Assembly: GCF_009914755.1 (NCBI RefSeq)
Contig: NC_060948.1
Length of the DNA: 64,000 nt
Source: the human T2T-CHM13v2.0 reference genome, Homo sapiens
Reading direction: 5' to 3' (one strand)
Shown one piece after another: positions 14,533 to 27,343 of the stretch; positions within the stretch are counted from its first letter, which is position 1; each line of letters opens with the position of its first letter. The notes below the pieces were generated by a model, which was not told where the DNA came from, did not search any database, and saw only the letters and a program-made list of their open reading frames with translations. Both the position numbers and the translations under genes were made by a program.

Positions 14533-16514
14533 TAAAAATTAGTGGAATTTCTATAGGCCAACAGTGGACAATCTGAAAAAGAAATAAAAAAGTAATCCCA
14601 TTTACAATTGCCATGAATACAAGTAAATACCTAGGAATTAACCAAAGAAGTAAAACCTCTCTACAATGAAAGCTATAAAACACTGATGAAAGAAATTGAA
14701 GAGGACACCAAAAGATGACAAGATATTTCATGTTCATGGATTGGAATAATCAATATTGTTAAAATGTCCATACTAACCAAACCAATCTACAGATTCAATG
14801 CAATCCCTATCAGAATACCAATGACATTCCTCAAAAAATAGAAAAAAAAATCTAAAATTTATATGGCACCACAAAAGACTCAGAATAGCCAAAGCTTTCC
14901 TGAGCAAAAATAACAAAGCTTGAGGAATCACATCGCCACACTTCAAAGTATGCTACAGAGCTATGTTTACAAAAACAGCATAGCACTGGCATAAAAACAG
15001 ACATGTAGACCAAGGGAACAGAATAGAGAACCCAGAGACAAATCCACATACTACAGTGAACTCATTTTTCACAAAGGTGCCAAGAACATACACCTAGGAA
15101 AAGACAGTCTCTTCACTAAATGGTGCTGGTAAAACTGGATATCCATATGCAGAAGAATGAAACTAGACCCTTATCTCTTGACAAACAGAAAAAACACAGA
15201 AAAATGAATGAAAGATAAATCTATGACCTCAATCTATGAAACTACTACAAGAAAATATTGGGGAAACTCTCCAGGACTTGATCTGGGCAAAGTTTCTTGA
15301 GTAATATCCCACAAACACAGGCAACCAAAGCACAAATGACAAATGGGATCACATCAAGTGAAAAAACTTCTACACAGAAACAAAAATGAAAACAACAACA
15401 AGAAAAAACCCACCAACAATGTGAAGAGACAACCCACAGAATGGGAGAAAATATTTGCAAACTACCCATCTAACAAGGGATTAATAACCAGAATATATAA
15501 GGAGCTTAAAAAACTCTATAGAAAAAGAGTCTAATAATTAAATTGAAAAATGGGCAAAAGATCTGAATAGAAATGTCTCAAAAGAAGACATACATATGGC
15601 AAAAGGTGCTCAACATCATTGATCATCAGAGAAATGCAAATGAAAACTACAATGAGATATCACCTCACCCCAGTTAAAATGTCTTATATCCAAAAGACAG
15701 GCAATAAAAAATGCTGGTAGGATATGGAGAAAAGGAAACCCTTGTACACTCTTGCTGGAATGTGAATCAATACAACCACAGTGGAGAACAGTTTGGAGGT
15801 TACTCAAAAAACTAAATGTGGAGCTATCATATGATCCAGCAATCCCACTGCTGGGTATATACCCCAAAGAAAGTAAATCAGTATATCAAAGATATCTGCA
15901 CTCCTATATTTGTTGCAGCACTGTTTACAATAGCTAAGATTTGGAAGCAACATATGTGTCCATCAATTGATGAATGGATAAAGTAATAGTGGTACATATA
16001 CACAATGGAGTATCATTCAGCCATAACAAAGAATGAGATCTTGTCATTTGCAACAACATCTATGGAACTGGAGATCATTATGTTAAGTGAAATAAGCCAG
16101 GCACAGAAAGACAAACATCGCAAATTCTCATTTATTTGTGGGATATAAAAATCAAAACAATTGAAATCATGGAGACAGACAGTAAAAGGATGATTACCAG
16201 GGACTGGGAAGGGTAGTAGGGATTGGTGGTGGAGGGAAGTGGCGATGGTTAATGGGTACAAAAAATAGAAAGAATGAATAATGCCTTGTATTAGATAGAA
16301 CAACAGAGTGTCCATAGTAAAAATAATCTAATTATACATTTTAAAAATAAAGAGCATAATTGGTTTGTTTGTAATACAAAGGATAAATGTTTGAGGTGAC
16401 GGATATCCCATATACTTTGATGTGAATATTTCATGTTGCATGCCTGTATCAAAATATCTCATGTATCCCATAAATATGCACACCTACTATGTATCCACAA
16501 AAAAATTTAAAATA
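14533..16514 (+). mobile_element. 5'-truncated L1MA (L1MA1-3-like) inside the SERBP1 3'UTR
   Basis: ORF2 3' half and L1MA-type tail (aaaggataaatgtttgaggtga...cacctactatgtatccacaaaaa); TSD aaaaaaca(c/t)aaatga at 14518-32 and 16515-29. Confidence 0.92.
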
Positions 16515-16715
16515 AAAAAACATAAATGAAGTGAAAGCTTTAAACTAGTATACACATTTCACACCTATATTTCAAGCTTGGAAATGCAAATTTGCAAGCA
16601 GCAATACAAAAGTATTCATGAAGAATGCATAATTTCTGGTATTTATAAAAACATACCTACCAATACATTTTTAAATACAAAACTGACTACCATATTTGTT
16701 AATTTTATGTAGTGA

Positions 16716-17021
<306 letters not shown>

Positions 17022-18436
17022 GAGAAGTTCATTTTTAAAACAGATACAATTCAGTCTTTAAGTGTGAATTGTGTGAATGACAGCCTTTTTAAAACATGAT
17101 TTCTTCATTGTTTCGAATCCTTACGCATGCAAAGGCATTGAACAGGAAATCCCACAAAGGAACCATGGTTGTTTTATGGCATTCAGTTAAGCCAGAGCTG
17201 GAAATGCCTCTGGGTCATCCATATCAGGAACAGAAGCACCTGACTTGTCAGTCCTGCTGCTGAGGTTCTGAGGTCCACCACACATTCACCTTGTCTTCCC
17301 CTCCCACCAAGTCCTCCAGGGCCGAGGTCTCCAAAATTGATCTCCCGCTGAGACATTTTATCATTTGCTGGCTTTCAGAAACGATGGTCCTTAATGACAA
17401 GTTCAGCATGAATCTCTTTACTCTTTGATTTATGAAGCGCACATCTCTTCTTCCAGTGCCCATCAATCAGTACCTTTGTTTTGTTTTTGGATATTAAATT
17501 CTACTTTTGGCCAGTCCTTATTTTGAATAGCATTCCACTTATCCAAAGTCATCTCTTTTGGACCCTCTTTTTTACCTCTTAAACTTCCTTCTCCTTATTT
17601 TCAGTGTCTGCCACTGGAAGTTCTTCACCTTCAGGTGTTTCCTAGGTCATATTTGATTAATCCAAGTCAGTTAACTTATCATTCACAGTTCCCCAGTTGT
17701 AAAATCCACTACCTCCATGTTTGTCCTTGTGCTTCAGGCTAGATCTATGCCTTCCAGCATGCCTACCAGCATGCCTATCAAATTCACATTTACCATAAAA
17801 ATAAAATCCATACCCTTGGCCCATTTCACTTTGACAGCCCTCTCTACTTCTTCCAAGGCCACCACAGCCTCGAATGGGTTGGTCAATGATAGGTCTATCA
17901 GATAAAATTTTCCTCTTTCACCCTTTTCAAGTGGTTTTTCAAATCTTCCTTCATGAGGTGGTTGCCCTTCCCCGTCTTATCTCAATTATTTTCCCTTCAC
18001 CTTGCAGTTGTTGATTGGGTCTTCTTCCAATTCACCTTATTCCTTCTTTCTTAACCTCCATGGGCACTATATGTCCTCTTGCCAACCATGCCAACTTTTG
18101 GGGCAAGTGGGTTCTTGCTGTCTTTCTGAGACTCTTTATACAACTGTTTGTCCGTGGCATTGGAGTTGGTCTGGGCCATGGCCTGAGATGAGCTTTTGGC
18201 CCCAGCTCCCCCAGTGACACCCCCGTTGGCTTATTTTCTCTAGTTCTCAGCTGCCTTCAGCACCTTGAATGGGTCCAATTCGTCTTCAAAGAACTGGTTA
18301 AATGGGCTGATGACCATGCAGGTGAAGCATTCCTGTAAATGGCCAGGCATAATGGTGGCTCAGAGGCATGTTCCTCAATGGATTGCAGCTGGCTGTGCAG
18401 AAGCAAGATCACCTTCTTCAGTTCTTCCCACAAGAT

Positions 18437-20270
18437 CTTATGACACTTTAGATTTTGGCTTCATAATTTATGGTGAGAAATCCACTATCATTAGGATATT
18501 GGTATTCTCCTAACAGCAATGCATCATTTTTCTCTAGCTGCTTTCCGTATTTAATATTGTCTTTAGTTTTCAGAAATTTAATTATGATATGTGAATTTCT
18601 TTGAGTTTATCTAATTAAAGTACATTCATATTATTGAATCTCCGAATTACTGTTTTGCACCAAGTTGGGATGTTTTAAACTATTATTTCCCTATATAGTC
18701 TTTCAACCCTTCTCTCTTGTTGGGCTACAAAGATGCAAATCATTATATATTTTGGCTCTCTAAAAAAAAAAAAATCTGTTTCCTCTCTTGTTCAGAGTGG
18801 GTGAATGCTGTTGATCTATCCTAAAGTTCAGTGACTTCTTTCTCTTAGAGTTCATTCAAGCTTTTTTTTCTGTTAATGTATTTTTCTAAAATTTCCATTT
18901 TTTATAACTCATTTCATTTCAAAATATTCTATTTTCCATTTGTTTCAGGAGACTTTGTAATGCACTGCTGAAATATTTTTATGATGTGTGCTTTGAAATC
19001 CTTGTTAGATAATTCGACGATTAACAACATCTGATTTGTCTCAATGTTGGCATCAGTTGATTGTTTCCTCTCATTTAAGTTGTGATTTTCTTTATTCTTA
19101 GTGTGACCAGTGATTTTCAACTGTATCCTGAATATTTCTTCTATTATTCCAGCAGATTCTGGGTCTATTTGTATGTTTAATTTCATCAGATCTTCATTCT
19201 GTTTATAGTCAGCATGCAGATTCTGGTCTACTTTTCTGGACTGTGGTTTCTATGACAGTATATTTTCAGAGGCTTTGTTGTGTTATTTTGTTTTTTTCAG
19301 TTTATGTGATACTTATCTCCTACTTGTCCATGACAGCAATGGCTATAGTTGCAGAAGGGATTTTCCTTGGCCAGTGTCTTTCCATGGGAAAAGGGAGTCC
19401 CAGGTACCCTGAGATGAAGAGGTTTCCTTAACAATATTACTGGTTCCTAAGAATTCCTACAAAGGCCTTCCATTTGCCCCTGTGTCTCTGGGTGGAAGAG
19501 GGTATTTTCAGGCCCATTGAGAAAAAGAGACTTTCTGAGAATGACTATCCACTGTGGCTGGGCTCTTCCTGCCCATAGTACCTGTCTGACACTTCGTATC
19601 CCAGCAGGGGAAGAGACTGTGAGGCCTGTGGGGGAGAGGAGGGTTCTCTGGCTTGGTATTTGTTTTGGCAGGATCTGCCTTACCTGAGGGGGATTGAGAG
19701 AGCTTGTTGGGCCAGGACCCTTGTTGAGGTGGGATCTCCTTACCTGGGTCTCAGGATTTCCCTTGTGTCTCTGAGAGGGGTATGGAACTCTCAGACCCTG
19801 AAAAGAGAGACTTTCTGGGCCACACCATTCGTTTTTGCAAGATCCTTCTTGCCTCTGTCCCCTCAGTATCTCTCAGTGGGGGAAGGAAATTCTCAGTCCT
19901 GCAAGAAAGGAAAGCACTTTTTTTGGCTGCTTATTGTTCTTAGGGATCCTAATCAATCCTCCTTGTTGATGATGTCAGACTTCCTTAGTGTGTTGTTAGA
20001 TGAAAGAATGGGCCTATCTGGACTGCCTTCTATGACTGGATTTGGCTTTTGAAAATGCTAGGTCTGAGTCACATTTTGTTCTGTGGGAGGAGGTCTGATG
20101 CTCTGCTGCTATGGTGTGTCACCAGTCCCAGGGTTTCAAACCAATACACCTACTTTATCACCTTTTCAGAGTTGTTTGATTGCTTCTTGTATCATGCCCA
20201 GGGTTTTATATTGTACTTAGTGGAGAGAAGAAAGATAAAATATATCCGTTCCATCTTGTCCAGACTGGAA
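18437..20270 (-). mobile_element. Ancient L1M ORF1 N-terminus and 5'UTR
   Basis: ORF 18929-19186 (KITGHTKNKENHNLNE...ELSNKDFK) resembles an old L1 ORF1 start; ccatcttgtccagactggaa resembles an L1 5' terminus in antisense. Confidence 0.65.
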
Positions 20271-20715
20271 ATTGATATGTATTTTGATTTGCATTTTCTT
20301 TATTACTGGTGAGATCCTACTTATATCCTTCTTTCTTTTCCTCATTTCTACCTCTTTCTTTGTGAATTCTTTGCCCACTACATATTAGGTATTATGCCTG
20401 TGCACTTGTTTTTCTGTCATACACCTTTATCACATTTTGTAATTGATAGACTATTTCTTTGAATTTTCCATCGAGACTCTGGCTTGAAGAAATCACCTTT
20501 ATTTTCCTTTTCAGGTTAATGCCAGCTCCTGGACTAGTTGTTGGCTATTTTATATACTCACTAAAAGAAGCAGGAGAGAGGTAGTCACTAAATATTTTGT
20601 CAATGAATAAAAGAAGGAATTGTAATTTAGGTAATTTTTAAAAACTGATATTTGCTCTTCCTTTAACAACTACAATGTGAAAACATTATATAACTGATTT
20701 GGCATGCTGTAATAG

Positions 20716-21210
20716 TGACAGGTGAAGCCAGCTGGACTTCCTGGGTAGAGTGGGGACTTGGAGAACTTTTCTGTCTTACAAAAGGATTGTAAAACGCACC
20801 AATCAGTGCTCTGTGTCTGGCTAGAGGGTTGTAAATGCACCAATCAGCACTCTGTAAAAACGCACCAATCAGCACTCTGTGTCTAGCTAAAGGATTGTAA
20901 ATGCATCAATCAGCACTCTGTAAAATGGGCCAATCAGCACTCTGTAAAATGGACCAATCAGCAGGATGTGGACGGGGACAAATAAAGGAATAAAAGCAGG
21001 CCTCTCCAGCCAGCAGTGACAACCCACTCAGGTCCCTTTCCATGCTGTGAAAGCTTTGTTCTTTCGCTCTTCACAATAAATCTTGCTGCTGCTCACTGTT
21101 TGGGTCCCTGCCAACTTTAAGAGCTGTAACACTCACCGCGAAGGTCCACGGTTTCATTCTTGAAGTTGGCGAGACTGAGAACCCACTGAAAGGAACCAAC
21201 TCCAGACACA
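20716..21210 (+). mobile_element. LTR12F-like (HERV9) solo LTR
   Basis: TG...CA termini, 4-bp TSD ATAG (20712-15, 21211-14), tandem ccaatcagcactctgt units, GAATAAAAG TATA-like box, AATAAA at ~21075. Confidence 0.92.
20795..21000 (+). promoter_or_regulatory. LTR12 U3 CCAAT (NF-Y) array and core promoter
   Basis: Five intact CCAAT boxes and one mutated (TCAAT) upstream of ggaataaaagc; activity not shown by sequence. Confidence 0.55.
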
Positions 21211-21284
21211 ATAGGGTGGTAAGAATTACTTTACCACAAATTATGGCAATAAGCTGTAAAGCAGAGTGAATAGGAGAAACCAAT

Positions 21285-21745
21285 TATTTTTTCTGTATAC
21301 TCTGACATCATCAGATGTGTGGTTTCTTTCTCTCACCAATAAATTATTTAATTCTTTGTAGACACCAGCTAAGTGTCCTACAATTTAACTAAATCTGACA
21401 CTATCTATCTGGAGTTAGCATCAGGTTAAGGGTTGAGTTCCACAAGATTGCCCTCACTTTAGATGCCAATCACAAATCCAAGTGCCATCTGTGCTTATGA
21501 CCAACCAGCTAGAAAACAGACATTTCCATGATTATCCTCAGGTTTGATCATTTGTTAGAATGGCTCACAGAACCCAAGAAAAGAATTAACTTAATAGATT
21601 ACTTGTTTATTATAAAAAGATGCAGCTCAGAAACAGTCAGATGAAACAGAAACATAGGGCAAGGTATGGAGGAAGGGGCACAGAGCTTCTGTGCCCTACC
21701 CAGGCATGCTACCCTCCCGATAACTCCACGTGTTCACCAACCTGT
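21285..21745 (-). mobile_element. MER21-family LTR fragment
   Basis: gacaccagctaagtgtcctacaatt...ctggagttagcatcag...tagaatggctcacagaac...catagggcaaggtatgg. Confidence 0.75.
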
Positions 21746-22845
21746 TAAAGCCATTAACATAGTAATACAACTTATTCACATTATAAGCCAAGTTATTTAA
21801 GAGTTAAAATGCATCAACCATTACTGTGTCTATTAAACTGTTTCTTAGAGTCTGGTGAAATTATAATTTGGTCATAATGCCAAGTCACTAAAGACATTCA
21901 GCTTTCCTCTTATTTTGTTAAATATGACTGAAATGCATAAATATTCTCCTTCTCTCATTTATATATTATAGTTCCTATAGAAAAAATAATATTTCCTTTT
22001 GATAGCCTATGAAGAACTTGTTGAATAGTATTTTGTTATTGTGTAAGCTAATAGTGGCAGGGATGTTTTTCCAGATATTTCTACTGAAATAACTTTGTTT
22101 TTGTCAGACTAATCTTTTGATCTGAATTTCATTGTTTAAATATAAAATATAACCATGATAATATTTAAGCATGATGAAGGTGGAGAAGATGATGATGAAA
22201 GTGATAATGTTTACTAAGTTTATTTCTTGAACATTCCGGACATTATATACAATATGTAAATACATGTTTATCATGTTTAAGAAGGATATTTACATAAATT
22301 ATCCTAAAGATATTCATTATCCATTTTAGCAAGCCTGAAATTAAGTTGACTACTGACTTTTAAATTCTGTACTAATGTTAATTTAGACAAAAATGTTTGA
22401 ATACATAAGCACTTATAAAATTTTCAGAAGCACATATATTTCAGATTCCATATTTCACAAATTAACAACATAATACCTGCTATGTAAAAACCAGTAGATT
22501 TTCTTCTTCACATATAAGAAGAATAAGAAATATTTTAATATGGTTGCTATCAACATTTTATTCCATTTTTTTTTTTTAGGAAAGCAGCTAAAATCAGCTA
22601 GAAAATCCTTTTTAAAAAAATGATGAAAATCCTTAAAAGAGCAAAACAATAAAGACATGTTGGGGGAACTATGTCAAATATTAAATTTTATAAATTTATA
22701 ATGTCTACATCATGTATTTTCATAATAAATATTCCAAAAGTTTTACTACTAAAATATTTGCCAGGTAAAGGGTAAACACATTTAAATGGATTGTTATTTT
22801 ATCAAGGTACACATATGAAAAATCTAAGAAGAAATTCTGGCTCAG

Positions 22846-23187
22846 ACTATGGACTGAATGTTCATGTTCCCCAAAAATTTTATGTTGAAATTTTAACCCC
22901 TCATGTGATGATATCAGAAGGAGAGACCTTTGGTAGGTGATCAGATCAGGAAGTTGGGGCCATTGTAAAAAGACAGGAGTCAACTTCCTTTCTCTCTTTG
23001 TTCCCCACCATGTGAGGATATGACAATATGGCAATCTGCAAACCAGAAAGAGTGCCCTCTCCAGACACCAGATCTGCAAGTGCTTTGATGTTGTACTTTC
23101 CAGCCTCCAGAAATGCATGAAAAAATATTCTGTTATTTAAGTCACCCAATCTATGGTATTCTGTTAAGAGTGGGCTGAAGTAAGACA
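22846..23187 (+). mobile_element. MLT1A-like MaLR solo LTR
   Basis: ctatggactgaatgtt...ccatgtgagga...ccagacaccagatctgc...ccagcctccagaa...taagaca. Confidence 0.85.
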
Positions 23188-23934
23188 GCTCTCGTCTGTA
23201 AAATTATTCAGCGAGCAAACTGAATAATTAAAGAAGTAACAGTAATAATAATGACTTGTAGATTTTTTGAAAATAACTGTTTGAAAGTTTATGTAATAAG
23301 AAATAATAGTTTAATGTGAACAAATTTAATGTGACTAAATCAATACATGTTCAATATTAAATATAATCCCATGAAGTCTCTGGGATGTTGTTACTATAAA
23401 TCAAGTTATTTGGGCTAAATATCTTTAAATGTTTTCTGATATTTCCTTTTCCCTTTCTCCATTTCAGCCCAAAAGTCATGATTGTTTTATATTTCTAAGA
23501 GAATTTATAGAAATATTATCCAGTCATCAAGCCCTCACGACTCTTTTTTAAAGTATCCCATTTCCCTTCCTTGTTATTACAGTAGCATTATTTTAAGTCA
23601 GACATCTCATCATTACATTTTCTTCCCAGCTTCCCAGCTATTCTTCCTGTGTCCTAACTTCTTTCCACTCTATCTCCTATAATTCATCCTGTAAAACACC
23701 AGTATGTAATAAAAGTTTATTATGCCACAACCACTAAAATCCTTCCTTTGCTTCTTGTTGCTTATTAGAAAATATGTAAACTCTCTACTCTCATATTCTA
23801 CATCTTCCTTTTTGTATCCCAACTTACCCTCTACTATAATCTTTCCCCTCCCTTCATTGCTCAAATATTTTCATAATTCCTTGTCTACAACTGAGAACTG
23901 AGCTGAAAAAAAAGACAAAAGGGTGATAAAGAAG

Positions 23935-24150
23935 GAACACAGGTTTTGAAGTTAGGAAGACTTGGATACTTCTACTTACTACCTACTTAGATTTGGGGTA
24001 AATTACCACATCTTTCAGAGTCTCACCTTTCTCATCTATAAAATTGAGATGATACTTACCTTTCCACGAAGTTGTGAAAGTTATATGAAATAATATGAGT
24101 AAATGTGCCTAGTACAGTGCTTGACATATAATAACCACCTAATAAATGTC
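23935..24150 (+). mobile_element. MIR
   Basis: Core tctcacctttctcatctataaaattgagatgata...gttgtgaaag...cctagtacagtgcttgacatata. Confidence 0.75.
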
Positions 24151-24206
24151 AGAGGCTGCTGGTGTTATTGTTATCAGCATTAGTATTAATAAAAGTGGCT
24201 TTAAGT

Positions 24207-24500
24207 CTGGGGGTGTGGCTCACACCTGTAATCCCAGCACCTAGGGAGGCTGAAGTGAGAGGATCACCAGAGTCCAGGAGTTCAAGAGCAGCCTGGGCAA
24301 CACAGTCAGGCCCCGTCTCTACAAAAATAAAAAAAAACATATACATTAACTGGGCATGGTGGTGCATGCCTGTTGTCCCAGCTACTTGGGAGGCTGAGAA
24401 GGGAGGATTGCTTGGGCTGATGAAGTAAAAGTTGCAGTGAGCTATGATTGTGTCACTGCATTCCAGCCTGGGTGACAGGGAGAGACCCTGTCTCAAAACA
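24207..24500 (+). mobile_element. AluJ
   Basis: Diverged dimer, gagctatgattgtgtcactgc...gagaccctgtctc; TSD aaag(t/a)ggctttaa. Confidence 0.9.
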
Positions 24501-26139
24501 AAGAGGCTTTAATAAGCAGGATTTCAGCTTAAAAAGATGCTAGAATTTTTAGAACCTAGGTACTATAACCAGGGCTCTTGATAATAGAGAAAGCAGAGAA
24601 AGATTAAAGACATTAACAGAAAGACTAGAATTGTGAATTTTGGGTGTGAATTCCATATTTCTCTGATATCTACTTCAAATGCAATCTGGTATGCTTTGAG
24701 GCTTGGGCTCTGAATCTAACAACCATGCTGCACACTCTGATTCTTTTCTTATTTAAAAGAAGTGTTCCTTTCTAAATGATTGCAACAAAAACCAAGGCAT
24801 ATAGTTGACTACATATTGACAGTATCGCGAATAAATGGCTTTTACTGTCATGTTAGTAGCCAGTCTTTACCAAGTCAACTGCACTGAACCTCCTTCAGGT
24901 ACTTGCATGACTCACTCTCACTGGATTGTAGCGTTTGCTCCCTAAACATCTTATTTAAAGTAATCCCTTATCTTGTTTTATTTTATTGATAGCATTTATG
25001 ACTATCTGAAATGACCACAAATTTTCTGCCACTTTATAATTGTTTGTGTCCCCTCAATCATTCCAATTTCTTATTCTTTACACTTGATGATATGTTTCAT
25101 AATGTAACATGTATCTTATTTTAACTCATTAATTTTGTTGTTATACAAACATGTAATGAAATACTTTTTTTGACTTTAATCTTTCAATCCACCTAGTTTT
25201 CTTCTACAGTGAGTATTTAAGTTAGGTAAAATGCTATGCTTAATTTTAAATAAATATTATTGCTTCAATAATTAATTGATTAAATGAATGATTTACAGTA
25301 GAATTTTCACATTCTCCTCTTCTTAAATCTTCCCCCTTCCACTATATTATACACATAATATCCACTCCCCCTTCTTTTCCTATATCAGGGAAAATGAATG
25401 AGGAAGCTAGATTTCTACATGTTTTAGTTATATTTCTTTTCACATATTGGAATACATATTTCCCTTTAATAAAAAAGTAAGGTTTTAAAATCAAATGTTT
25501 GCTGACTGCGTTTGCACTGTTTTTTTTTTTTTTTAACTCTGAAAAGCCTATACTAAAGCATCAGTTTTTATTATTCTTGGTTCTTCTACTTTACAAACAG
25601 ATTAAAAGATATTTATAAAACAATGTTTTAGAAAAATACATGGTGCCCTATACTAGCTTTCACTGGGATGCTCGGTATGGTGTCTTCAAGTAGCTTGGAG
25701 TAATCATTATAGGAAGCAGTATTAAGACTCTGTACAAAGAGTGTCTGTAATGTGTATTTTTTTCTCATTTGGAAAAAGTATGTTTTCCTCTCTGACTGTG
25801 TTGGCCATAGTTTCAGAGACCACACTATTGTTTAAGTTCAGTAATGGAAAATGGTTGTCAGTGACGATCAAATGTGAAGGAATCTGACCCTCAGGCACTC
25901 CATAATCCTAGTTTCTGGCTACTACCAGTCTATTTTCAAACATCCTCTATTTTCAACCAACCTTAGGGGTGGCATCTTTCTCTTCCTCCAGTTGACTACC
26001 ATCACAGATACAAGATGGGGAACGGCAACTAGACCATATGGGTAACAAAGCAAATTGGAATCTGCAACTTTACCTTTTTAATGAAGAAATATTAAAACCA
26101 ACAATACATGTAAAGTCCCAGAATATTATAAACTTCATA

Positions 26140-26238
26140 ATTGTGTCTGTTTTGTTCTCTATTGTATCTCCAGCACCTGAAACAGCTCCTAGCATACAGT
26201 AGATTTGCTGTACACATCTGATGAATAAAATAATAAAA
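26140..26238 (+). mobile_element. L2 3' end
   Basis: tgtctgttttgttctctattgtatctccagcacct...cctagcatacagtag...tgatgaataaa. Confidence 0.65.
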
Positions 26239-26604
26239 GAAACCACCAAAAGCACATGCAAAAAAACAAAAATAAAATAGTGGAACTACATCAAACTAAA
26301 AAGCTGCTGCACAGCAAAGGAAACAATCAAAAGAGTGAAAAGACAACCTTTAGAATGGGAGATAGTATTTGCATACCACATATCTGATAAAGATCTAATA
26401 TTAAAAATATATAAGGAACTCCTATAACTCAATAGCAAAAAAAAAAAAAATGCGAATAGACATTTCTCAAAAAAGACATACAAATGGCCAATGGGTATAT
26501 GAAAAGATGATCAACGTCACTAATTATCAGTGAAATGCAAATCAAAACCAAAATAAGATATCACCTCACAGCCATTAGAATGAACATTATTTAAAAGAAA
26601 TACA

Positions 26605-26886
26605 GGCCAGGTGCAGTGGCTGACGCCTGTAATCCCAGCACTTTGGGAGGCTGAGGCAGGTGGATCATGAGATCAGAAGTTCGAGACCAGCCTGGCCAAG
26701 ATGGTGAAACCCCGTCTCTACTAAAAATACAAAAATTAGCTGGGCGTGGTGGTGGGCACCTGTAATCTCAGCTACTTGGGAGGCTGAGGCAAAGAATTGC
26801 TTGAACCTGGGAGGCAGAGGTTTCAGTGAGCCGAGATCATGCCACTTCATTCCAGCCTGGGCGATAGAGCGAGACTCTGTCTCAAG
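26605..26886 (+). mobile_element. AluS (AluSg-like)
   Basis: ggatcatgagatcag...cctggccaagatgg; TSD aaaagaaataca on both sides. Confidence 0.92.
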
Positions 26887-27032
26887 AAAAGAAATACAAA
26901 AGATAATAAATGTTGGTCAAGATGTGAAGAAATTGGAATTGCTACATACTGTTGGTGGGAGTGTAAAATGGCGCAGTTGCTAGGAAAACAGTATGAAGGT
27001 TCCTCAACTACTTTATGATCCAGCAATCCCAC

Positions 27033-27343
<311 letters not shown>

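Noticed and set aside
17248-18513. Several short ORFs over the SERBP1 copy
   Set aside because: Off-frame or antisense translations; the true frame stops at codon 37
19660-20312. 130-aa and 87-aa ORFs in a GC-richer patch
   Set aside because: No recognisable domain; best explained as the antisense of an ancient L1M 5'UTR
20795-20962. Repeated ccaatcagcactctgt units with variable spacing, superficially CRISPR-like
   Set aside because: Standard LTR12 U3 tandem repeats; spacers are related to each other and the context is eukaryotic
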